From Oculatellaceae cyanobacterium bins.114 (GTDB lineage Bacteria; Cyanobacteriota; Cyanobacteriia; Elainellales; Elainellaceae), in the NCBI GenBank assembly GCA_033764315.1, contig JANRJA010000174.1, forward strand, positions 1-15,839: a stretch of DNA of 15,839 nucleotides, in the 5' to 3' direction. The notes under the pieces are model-generated. The model was not told the origin of the DNA, did not search any database, and worked only from the letters and a program-made list of their open reading frames with translations. Of the stretch, positions 7,276-15,839 are shown one piece after another. Position 1 is the first letter of the stretch, and every line of letters begins with the position of its first letter. Position numbers and translations under genes: made by a program.

Positions 7276-10200
7276 TTAGACAAACTGGAAAGCGGGAGAA
7301 TCGAGAGTTAACCCGGTCGTTCCTCTAACAACACCAATCAATTCACCATCGGCTGGGATATTATTTGATGCAGCGAAGGCAGATGCAGCATCATTGTTAT
7401 CTTGAATGCCAACGGCTCTAAGGATAATTGGGGGTGGAGTCCAGTAAATAGAGGTGAAGTTGCCGCTGCTATCAGAGCCAGTGACAAGCACATAACGCGC
7501 CTGGATACCTTGCAGTTGAATGCGATCGCCCTCTCCCAGATTGAAGTCTGTAATTAACCCATAATCACCAGCCTGGGCATTGCTATAGAACCGAGTATTG
7601 ATTTCTCCTAAGACAAACGTGTCTGCCCCAACTCCTCCATTGAGAATGTCAATGTCTCTGGGGAAATTATTAAATTCGCCACTTCCGTAGTTGGTGTTAT
7701 TGGTGCCGATGAGGATGTCATTGCCATCACCGCCTAACAACTCGTCGTTGCCCCGGTTGCCCACGAGGCGATCGCTCCCGGCTTGTCCTCGCAGTGTGTC
7801 ATACCCATCGCTGCCAAACAGCACATCATCTTGGCTAGTTCCCGTCACATCCAGTCGCTCAAACTGACTGAAGGCGATCGCATCTAACACTGTTTCAGAG
7901 CCAGGGGCAACGGTTCTAAAGGCGAACCCCGTTTGCGATCGCGGATCACCACTCATTGCCATGCCGCTGCCTGTGTCACCCACTGAGTAATCGAGGACAA
8001 GGACATCCAGTTCGGGTGGTGTGCTAACGGATGCCAACAGCAAACCAGGGGGAGGAGTTGTGCCTCCCGTAACTGTGTCAAACCCTAACCCCGGATTGAC
8101 AATATCGTTGCCACTAGCCGTATTGAAGTTATTGTTGACTCGATCGAGTTGCGTCAGGCGATCGCCCCCGCTGCCCGTAGAGATATCTCTGTAGATTTCG
8201 ATGCGGCTGATGGTTTTGCCACCCACTGTAACGCTAGATTGGCTCTCTTGAGTGATGGAAAAGCTTTCTAAAGTAATGGCATCACTGCGATTGGAGAAGT
8301 CAGCCGAGAGTGTATCGATGCCGTCCTCACCGAGAATCTGGTCATCGCCCAACCCTGCGCTAACAAAGTCATTGCCCCCTCCAGGTAAGAACACGTCTGC
8401 CCCAGCACCCCCAAACATAGAATCGGCATAAATAGAGCCACGCAGGTAAAAGCGTTCAATATCACTGCCAAAGTTGACTCGATCTTGAAAGACATAACCG
8501 GATGCATACTGGTCGAGCGATCGCGTTGCCCCCCGTGCATTGTCACGAATGATGTAGCCAAAACCAAAGCCACCAAACATACCCCCCGTATCCTGGAAGG
8601 AGTAATCGACTCGCAATTGGTCATCTCCGGCTCCACCAGACACCTGATCGATGCCACCCCCGCTCAGGTTGGGGTCAAGGATGTTGTTGCCGTCATCTCC
8701 GGTGAGTGAGTCAGCCCGCTTGGAACCGCGCACATGCTCCACCGTCGCGATGCTGCCGGGAACCGATTGAATGAAGCTGTCGCCTTGAGCATCACCACCC
8801 GACCCCACTCCAGTCTTGAGGTTGACCACGACTCCGAGAGGCGATTCGTCATAATCCACCAGGTCAATTCCATCGCCACCATCCAGGGTGTCACCGCCTG
8901 CACCGCCCAAGAGGGTGTCGTTCCCTCCATTGCCTTGTAGGGTGTCGTTGCCCGCCAACCCTTTGAGAATATTGGTGTTATTATCTCCTGCCAGGATGTC
9001 GTCAAACCGAGAGCCTTCTAGATTCTCAATGTTTCTCAAGGTGTCATCTCTGCCGTCCCCACCACCAAAAGCCTCTAAAAAGCCAAACCCTTTGCCTCGA
9101 CCCTCTAGCAAGCTGACGTTAACGGCACTGGGTGACAAGCTATAGCTTGCCCAATCTTCGCCATCGCCCCCTTCTAACGTGTCTGCACCCCCTCGCCCAA
9201 CCAAAATGTCGTTGCCATAAAAACCATCCAGTTCATTGTTGCTGGCATTACCACTGAGGCGATCGCCAAACACTGACCCCTGAAGGCTTTCAATCGAATT
9301 CAAGGTTTCACCATCGGCGTCGCCCCCAAAGGCCGTTCCTGTTGCCAGATTGACCGTGACCGCACCAGAAGACGTGAGATAGCTCGTCCAGTCTTGCCCA
9401 TTGCCACCCTCCAGGCGATCGCGTCCAGATCCGCCTAAGAGAATGTCATCGCCATTGCCACCCCGTAGGATGTCGTTGCCTTCTAACCCTTCCAGAGTGT
9501 TGTTGTTGCCATCGCCATTGATTGTGTCGGCAAACCGCGACCCTTCGATGTGCTCGATCTCGATTAGGCGATCACCCTGAGCATCACCGCCCACACCCAC
9601 CAGTCCCGCTAGCGTAGACAAAATTTGAATGCCCACGGCTGACTCACGATAGCTGACGGTGTCAATGTCGTTTGCCGCATCGGGGCCATCGCCACCATCC
9701 AATAAGTCTGCCCCTGCGCCGCCATCTAACAGGTCAACCCCGGCTCCGCCGAAAATGGAGTCATTGCCTGCCCCACCATAGAGCGCATCATCACCCTCAT
9801 TCCCTTCTAAGCGATCGCCCCCACTGCCGCCATAGAGTTGGTCGTTGCCGCCATTGCCGCTGAGTTCAGCCGGAGTCAGCACCGCTGCCGTGATCAAAAT
9901 TGAATCATCTTCATTACCCCCATTGGCCGTGATCAGAGCAATGTTGCTGTAGTCTAGCCTTGCCCCAAACGCCAACACCGTCAGCGTGGCATTGTTGGGG
10001 GAGCCAGACTTGAGATCGACCTTAAAGGTTTCGGCGATGTCAGTGCCAGGAATATTGTTGATGCGGCGATCGCCCGCCAGAGAACCCATCGCCAGTTGCA
10101 GGGTGGTGCCACTGGTTAGGGCTAAGCGATGGCGAATCGGATCACTCTGTTCCTCCGCAGAGCAACCCGCCTCAAAGCTCAGAAGCGTGGTGCTGGCGAT

Positions 10201-12714
10201 GTTAAACCGTTTGGTATAGCTAAACGGGCCAATGCCAAATTTGATGAAAGCATTCAACCCAGCGGTGATAGCGCCCTTGACGGGGTCAAAAATACAAGAT
10301 GAAAACTCATCAAAATAGACTTTATTGTCTGCCGGAGTGGGGTCATTCAGTAAGACTGTGAGATTGCTGCCAATTCCACCACCGACGCCTGCACTGGCAA
10401 TGCCAATATTAATTGCGCCGTAAGCATTTAGCGAGGCATTCAACTCTGCACCTGACTGACGACCACCGGGTCCAGTAGCACTGAGCCTATTGTCAATGTA
10501 GAAGCCATTAAAAATTCGGCTTGGGTCTGTTAGATCATCTGCTGTTCCAAATAAGCTATCGCCTCCCACCAAAAACTGCTGCAATCCTCGACTGTCATAG
10601 CCCACCGCCAGTTGCATCGCCGCATTCAAATTGCCCTCAATCAATGCTCCCAATGGCCCCAAAATGGGGAAAAAGACATCAAACCCAAATTCAAACTCTA
10701 ATCGAGGCAGGGTGTATTGGAAGAACTCTGCATTCTGACCCAGCAAGAGTTTAAATACCTGGTTGGGATCAGTGAGAATCGGAAATTGTGGTCCTTGTGG
10801 AGTTTCAACCCCACCAATAAAGTCCTGAATTGCCTCGCTGTCTCCTAACAGATCGCTGACCTCATTGAGGATTTCTGTTGCTGTTTTGGCGATCGGTGAC
10901 AAACTCCCCAAATCGACTGTATTCAGGCTAAAACCACTATTACGGATGTCGTTGGCTGCACCCAATTGAAATCCGCCCACACTCAGAGGCAGACCATCTG
11001 CATCAGACAGATCATTGATTGTTTCGGTCAGGTCAATAATCTGAGCGATCGCCCCAATGAACCCTAAAGGCGCACTTGGCTGTTGCAGTTTCACCAGATC
11101 TAGCAACGTTACCTGTCCATCCGGTCCATCAGTCGGGCTACCCGTTCTATCCAAAAAACTGCGCCCAAAAGTGTCCAACACCGGCAGGCGAGTTTGCAGG
11201 ATATCCACAATTGGTGCGATTGGCTCCAAAACATCGTTGAGGGTGCCAAAGACAGGTTCAGCAAAACTTCTAAAGAAGCTCCCAATGTTTAACCGCACGT
11301 TATTAAAATCCACCGTCGGAGCTTGCCCCTGATATCGCCCATCGGCTTTGCCATCTCCAGCTCCAAATCCCCAATTCAGCTCAAGGTCTGCTCCAATCGA
11401 GGGCAACCGGGCACTGTCCCCTAAACTGCTATTAAGGGCCAAGTCGAGTTGCAGGTTGCCTGTTAGAGCAGGGTCAACTGTGAGGGTTGCCAACGAACCA
11501 CCCAGATTGCCTGTGAAACTGCCATTAAACGAACTGTTGTTATCAGTTGCAGTGAGTGTCAAAAATCCTAAATGACCCGTTAGCACTGAAGGGTTGCCAG
11601 CACTATCTTTGAGTTAGGTAGAGAGGTTAATTTCTACTTCTCGATCCGATGCAGCGGTATTGACAAAGAACCCTGTTGTAGCATCGATCCCAAAATCCAG
11701 ATTGACCCCCACATCCAGGTTAGACGTAGCACTTCCGTTGAGCGTTAACCCAAAGAAGGGAAGCCCCAAATCTGATGTTAGGGGTAGGGTGGAGTTCATT
11801 TGTTTGCCGATCGCCAGCTTAAATTCAACTTTGCTGCCGTCTGCTGCAACGTCAATGATAATGTCGTCTGCACTCACCGTTGTGTTGGCATCTTCAGGGC
11901 GATCGCGCAAAATTCCCAATCCCCCAGACCCCAACACCTGAAACAGTGCTTGCTGCACCTCGGTGACGCTCCCATTGGCGGGAATGGCGTTGAGTCGCGT
12001 GATGATCTGATCGCGGAAATTATTAAGGACAGTATCAAACGGATTGGCAATTCCCAAGGCGTTACCCAGCAACGGTAACCCTTGCAAAACATCATTGTTA
12101 ATTAGACTCTTAATATTATCGATCAGCGTTCCTAACGAACTGATCAACGCACTCTTTAAGTTTGTTCCGGTGAAGTCTGCATTCTCTACAGCCAACCCAT
12201 GTCCATTGAGTTGAATGGTGCTGTGATCATTGTGTTGTTGCAACTGGTGGAGATGATTGGGAGCAATGGTTTGGTGTCTTACCAACTGCGCAAAAATCGC
12301 TCCTTCATCACCGAGTGCGTCTACTGAATTGATCTGATCATCGAGGTAATGTCCCACTTCTTCCAACAACACATCGACCAGTAGATCAGGCTGAGAAACA
12401 CTAGCCAACACAAACTCACGCGACAGATAAATCGTATCCGTCTCGCTGGCATAGGCTCCGCGTGCGCCGTTCAACTCTTGAGCTGAGAGGATGGCGATCG
12501 CAGGTGCTTGCCAATGGCCGCTGATCCACTGCTGTTGCACATCGGTGAAGGCACTGCTGCTGCTCTGATCTCCAAAAGCAAGGGCGATCGCGGTTGCAAA
12601 TGAATCGTGTTGAGCTAGATCAGCTAATAACCCTTTTGTCGTAAACAGTGCAGGCAAGACAAGCGGATCAGGCAATAGCTCAGTGGATTGGGGGGCGGGG
12701 GCTACATCAGACAT
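7276..12714 (-). pseudogene. large (~1810 aa) RTX/Ca-binding exoprotein split by one in-frame TAA at 11614-11616
   Basis: ORFs 11614..12798 and 7276..11586 share a frame: ...EINLST*LKDSAGNPSVLTGHLGFL... N-terminal GAYA...IYLS...LLEEVGH...GDEGAIFA domain typical of cyanobacterial exoproteins; many GGxGxD repeats in the C-terminal half. ATG 12714 has GGAGA upstream. Confidence 0.88.
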
Positions 12715-12842
12715 ATCAAGAATCTCCAGAGCGTGAGTCATCGCCCAAGAGCAAGCGTTTAACTTGCGAGGGATGCCCTTTATTCTGAAGAGTGTCAAGC
12801 AATAATCATATTCCCCACAGGGGTACTCTCTGAAGCAAGGAG

Positions 12843-12880
12843 TTGACAGCTATTACTAATTTGTAGTATCAATGTAGTAT
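12843..12880 (+). promoter_or_regulatory. putative sigma70-type promoter for leader-rsgA-rtcB, with operator-like repeats
   Basis: Perfect TTGACA at 12843-12848; -10 candidates TAGTAT (12864-12869, 15 bp spacer) or TATCAA (12867-12872, 18 bp spacer); TACTA-N5-TAGTA dyad (12854-12868); TGTAGTAT repeated at 12862 and 12873. Confidence 0.5.
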
Positions 12881-12999
12881 GAAAAGCGACGACTCTAAAT
12901 CATTGCTCTTCACCCCCAACGTGGCTACGTCAAAGGCGATCGCTTCTGTGTAGCGTTTCTAGACCCAAAATCCCTTCTAAAAATTAATAAGGAGGCTAT

Positions 13000-13068
13000 A
13001 TGGCTGAGTCGGTTTCAAATTCCACTGCAATCGTTCCCACACAACTGAAGAGTTTACAGAGGAACTAG
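13000..13068 (+). CDS. putative leader peptide MAESVSNSTAIVPTQLKSLQRN (22 aa)
   Basis: TAAGGAGG at 12988-12995 shortly before ATG 13000; TAG at 13066-13068; lies in the presumed 5' leader of rsgA. Too short for the ORF track. Confidence 0.6.
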   Translation: MAESVSNSTAIVPTQLKSLQRN

Positions 13069-13192
13069 CGGCGGTGCGAAGCAGTTCCCCAGTTTGGGTA
13101 ATTGCCAGACTCAGGCATCGATTCTCCCCTAGAGATTAACCCTGCCTCTGTGAACCTCAGCATAAGAGATTCACATTGAGGACATTCCAATG
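13045..13192 (+). promoter_or_regulatory. putative translational attenuator (alternative helices)
   Basis: GTTTACAGAGG (13052-13062) pairs with CCTCTGTGAAC (13145-13155). Alternatively TGTGAAcCTC (13149-13158) pairs with GAGaTTCACA (13166-13175). CATTG (13174-13178) / CAATG (13188-13192) encloses the rsgA SD and ATG. Confidence 0.5.
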
Positions 13193-14278
13193 AACTTAAC
13201 GCAATTGGGCTGGAATGACGATTTTGCTCAAGCCTTTGCCCACTACTGCAACTCCAACCGCTCTAATCTCTATCGGGTTGGACGGGTTGCCGCTGAGCAT
13301 CGGGGCGCATATACCCTCTACACTGAGCAGGGAGACTGTACAGCGGAGGTGACGGGTAAGCTGCGTCATCAGGCGATCGGGTTAGCTGATTTTCCAGCGG
13401 TGGGAGATTGGGTCGTCATCCCCCAACAGAGCCACGATCAGAGAGCTACTATTCACCATATCTTGCCTAGAAAAAGTAAGTTTTCGCGTCAAGTGGTGGG
13501 TGGCACGACAGATGAGCAAGTGGTTGCAGCCAATGTTGATACGGTCTTCTTGATATCAGGGTTAGACCGAGACTTTAACCCCAACCGCATTGAACGCTAT
13601 CTGCTTTTGACCTGGGAGAGTGGCGCAAATCCAGTGGTGGTGTTGAACAAAGCAGATCTGTGTGACGATGTTGCTGCGTTTGTAAAACGAGTAGAGGCGA
13701 TCGCTCTGGGTGTGCCTGTGATTGCCGTTAGTGCAGTTCAACAACAGGGGCTAGATGCCTTAAAGCAGTATTGCCAACCCGGACAAACAGTTGCCCTGCT
13801 GGGTTCATCGGGGGTGGGCAAATCCACCCTGACAAACCAACTACTCGGCATTACGATCCAAGTAGTGCAAGCGGTTCGCCAAGGCGATGATCGCGGCAAA
13901 CACACCACCACCCATCGGGAATTACTACGGTTACCCAGTGGTGGGTTGATTATGGATACGCCCGGTATGCGGGAAATCCAAGTTTGGGCAGGAGCAGACC
14001 CCCTGCAAGAAACCTTTGCTGACATTGAGGAGTTGGCAGAACAATGCCGTTTTCGAGATTGTCAACACGCTGGTGAACCGGGATGCAAGGTACAAGCCGC
14101 GATCGCCCAGGGAACCCTTGATCATCGCCGCTTTGCGAACTACCAAAAATTGCAGCGAGAACTGGGGCACTTATCTCGACAACAAGATCAGCGATCGCAA
14201 CTGGTTGAAAAAGAACGGTGGAAACGCATCACCAAAAACCAGCGAAATCATTACAAAAATCATCCCAACAAAAAATAA
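13190..14278 (+). CDS. rsgA: ribosome small subunit-dependent GTPase A (circularly permuted GTPase)
   Basis: OB-fold PAVGDWV; G4 NKAD precedes G1 GSSGVGKS, G2 GKHTTT and G3 DTPG; Zn site [14 protein letters not shown]. Confidence 0.95.
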   Translation: MNLTQLGWNDDFAQAFAHYCNSNRSNLYRVGRVAAEHRGAYTLYTEQGDCTAEVTGKLRHQAIGLADFPAVGDWVVIPQQSHDQRATIHHILPRKSKFSRQVVGGTTDEQVVAANVDTVFLISGLDRDFNPNRIERYLLLTWESGANPVVVLNKADLCDDVAAFVKRVEAIALGVPVIAVSAVQQQGLDALKQYCQPGQTVALLGSSGVGKSTLTNQLLGITIQVVQAVRQGDDRGKHTTTHRELLRLPSGGLIMDTPGMREIQVWAGADPLQETFADIEELAEQCRFRDCQHAGEPGCKVQAAIAQGTLDHRRFANYQKLQRELGHLSRQQDQRSQLVEKERWKRITKNQRNHYKNHPNKK

Positions 14279-14280
14279 CC

Positions 14281-15462
14281 ATGCCTTACGAATCACTCAA
14301 ACTATCTACTCCAGCCCCAGTCCTCTCTTGGGCAAATCATGCGCTGGGGTCTGAAGAAACTCAAATGGCAAAAAATGTGGCTTCTCTGCCGTTTGTCTTT
14401 AAACATGTAGCCCTCATGCCCGATGTTCACTTGGGCAAAGGTGCCCTGGTTGGCTCTGTTGTCGCAACCAAAGATGCCCTGATTCCAGCGGCGGTTGGGG
14501 TTGATATTGGCTGTGGCATGTGCGCTGTCAAAACACCCTTTACGGTTGATCAGTTAGACGGCAAACTCAAACAGATCCGCTCTGACGTTGAAGCCTTGAT
14601 CCCGGTCGGGTTCAACGAAAACAAAGCGGTAGACAAAACGGCTTCTAACTGGCAGGGGTGGAACCACTTCAAGGAATTGCACCGAGGGGTGCAAGACCTG
14701 AAGGGCAAAGCCATGCGACAGATGGGATCGTTAGGCGGAGGCAACCACTTTATTGAGGTCTGCCTGGATACCGAAAACCAGGTTTGGCTGATGTTACACT
14801 CTGGCTCTCGCAATATTGGCAACATGTTGGCACAGTGTCACATCAACACGGCTCGTGAGTTAGCCAAAATGTCAAATCTGGCTCTGCCAGACCCTGACTT
14901 GGCTTACTTTGTGGCACAGTCTCCCAATTTTCATGCCTATTGGCGAGATTTGCAGTGGGCACAAGACTATGCCCGCATGAATCGAGATGTTATGATGGCT
15001 CGATTGATGCGAGTGGTTGAAAAGCATTTGGCGGGCGGTAAGCCGATGAAGCCGTTGCTACAGGTTAACTGTCACCACAACTACGCTGAAAAGGAAGTGC
15101 ATTTTGGCGAAGAGGTATATGTCACTCGTAAGGGGGCAGTGCGGGCGCGTCAGGACGATTATGGAATTATTCCTGGCTCAATGGGAGCTAAATCCTTTAT
15201 CGTAAAAGGTAAAGGCAATGCTGAGAGCTATTGCTCGTGTAGCCACGGTGCAGGACGGTTAATGTCTCGCAACAAGGCAAAGCTAAACTTTACGTTGGAT
15301 GATTTAATCCAGCAGACGCAAGGGGTCGAGTGTCGTAAAGATAAAGGGGTGCTAGATGAAATCCCGGGTGCTTATAAACCAATTGATCAAGTCATGGCAC
15401 AACAAGCCGACCTGGTAGAGGTGGTTGCGACCCTAAAACAGGTTCTGTGTGTCAAAGGTTAG
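14281..15462 (+). CDS. rtcB: RtcB-family 3'-phosphate/5'-OH RNA ligase
   Basis: MPDVHLGKG, GVDIGCG, GGGNHFIE, HSGSR, HHNY, PGSMG, HGAGR, DEIPGAYK and terminal VKG motifs; ATG 14281 lies 2 bp after the rsgA stop. Confidence 0.95.
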   Translation: MPYESLKLSTPAPVLSWANHALGSEETQMAKNVASLPFVFKHVALMPDVHLGKGALVGSVVATKDALIPAAVGVDIGCGMCAVKTPFTVDQLDGKLKQIRSDVEALIPVGFNENKAVDKTASNWQGWNHFKELHRGVQDLKGKAMRQMGSLGGGNHFIEVCLDTENQVWLMLHSGSRNIGNMLAQCHINTARELAKMSNLALPDPDLAYFVAQSPNFHAYWRDLQWAQDYARMNRDVMMARLMRVVEKHLAGGKPMKPLLQVNCHHNYAEKEVHFGEEVYVTRKGAVRARQDDYGIIPGSMGAKSFIVKGKGNAESYCSCSHGAGRLMSRNKAKLNFTLDDLIQQTQGVECRKDKGVLDEIPGAYKPIDQVMAQQADLVEVVATLKQVLCVKG

Positions 15463-15520
15463 AAAACGTCATAGCGATCGCCTACTTTTGCTGCATTAAA
15501 TCCCTTAATCCAACGTATTG

Positions 15521-15592
15521 ATCTACCTAGAACCTCCTATAGCGATCTTCATCGAGAGATGAGTGAGCGTTGTCTTTAAGTTCTAGGTAGAT
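15521..15592. repeat. perfect 13-bp inverted repeat enclosing a GAGA-tetraloop hairpin
   Basis: ATCTACCTAGAAC (15521-15533) / GTTCTAGGTAGAT (15580-15592); inner TCATC-GAGA-GATGA (15549-15562). Confidence 0.8.
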
Positions 15593-15768
15593 GTATTTTG
15601 GTATAAATTTTCCTGTTGAGGGTGGCTAGATCTAGACTGAGTTTATTAGCAAAAGTCGTGTCCTATCCCTGTAACGTTTTCAAACATGAATAATGAACAC
15701 TTAGAACCTATCCGAAAACCATTAAAGTTATGTAAGACTTGTAGTAGTTGCATCTGAACGTTTAGGAA

Positions 15769-15839
15769 ATGACGGTCTTCACAGAAATCAACTCTACTTT
15801 TCTGCTTCCCGATGAAGTTTGGGAACAGGTAAAAACAGC
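15769..15839 (+). CDS. 5' end of an ORF running off the window, possibly an IS5-family transposase N-terminus
   Basis: MTVFTEINSTFLLPDEVWEQVKT...; LPDExWExI resembles the start of IS5-family (DUF4096-type) transposases. Only 23 codons visible. Confidence 0.3.
   Translation, partial: MTVFTEINSTFLLPDEVWEQVKT

Larger units (their letters stand above)
916..15481. repeat. dispersed HIP1 octamer GCGATCGC (~29 copies)
   Basis: e.g. 916, 1489, 2300, 2364, 3922, 4474, 5263, 5628, 5718, 5974, 7522, 9811, 11045, 13697, 14099, 14191, 15474; far above chance for an 8-mer and typical of cyanobacteria. Confidence 0.95.

Noticed and set aside
12715-12798. TTG start at 12798, and minus-strand TTGACA (12793-12798) as a promoter
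   Set aside because: ATG 12714 has a better SD; no -10 hexamer at a suitable spacing from that TTGACA.
12865-12878. Cyanobacterial LexA box (AGTATCAATGTAGT)
   Set aside because: Differs from the AGTAC-N4-GTACT-type palindrome at the conserved C of both halves; too weak to call.
13061-13135. tRNA or Y-RNA-like gene in the rsgA leader
   Set aside because: Has a 7-nt-loop hairpin and ATCGATTC, but no proper acceptor stem, T-arm or canonical anticodon loop; better explained as leader structure.
14218-14280. N-terminal extension of RtcB from GTG 14218
   Set aside because: Overlaps the rsgA 3' end and is not RtcB-like; ATG 14281 directly after the rsgA stop is more plausible.
186-14825. Many short overlapping or antisense ORFs (e.g. 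186..419, 2169..2624, 5229..5516, 5243..5500, 5467..6063, 6145..6519, 8268..8657, 14016..14354)
   Set aside because: Shadow frames of well-supported genes; the Pro/Ser-rich ones are antisense readings of Gly-rich RTX codons, and the 5229-5516 ORFs run across the attC-like repeat.

Overview
Cyanobacterial DNA (about 29 copies of the HIP1 octamer GCGATCGC counted by eye). Left to right: an AT-rich YcxB-like membrane protein gene; two homologous ~86-87 bp attC-like repeats (935-1021, 5302-5387) bracketing a ~4.37 kb block; two minus-strand RTX/Ca-binding exoprotein genes; and a divergent rsgA-rtcB operon. The bracketed block holds a NarL/LuxR response regulator broken by an in-frame TGA, a convergent membrane histidine kinase and a divergent RTX-repeat serine hydrolase. 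The larger exoprotein (~1810 aa) is split by one in-frame TAA. The rsgA-rtcB operon is preceded by a sigma70-like promoter, a 22-codon leader ORF with a perfect Shine-Dalgarno and mutually exclusive helices resembling a translational attenuator. Best candidates for something new: (1) an unusually large, multi-gene integron-type cassette with no integrase in the window; (2) a possibly ribosome-stalling-controlled RsgA + RtcB ribosome repair module. All family calls come from motif recognition; no searches were run.
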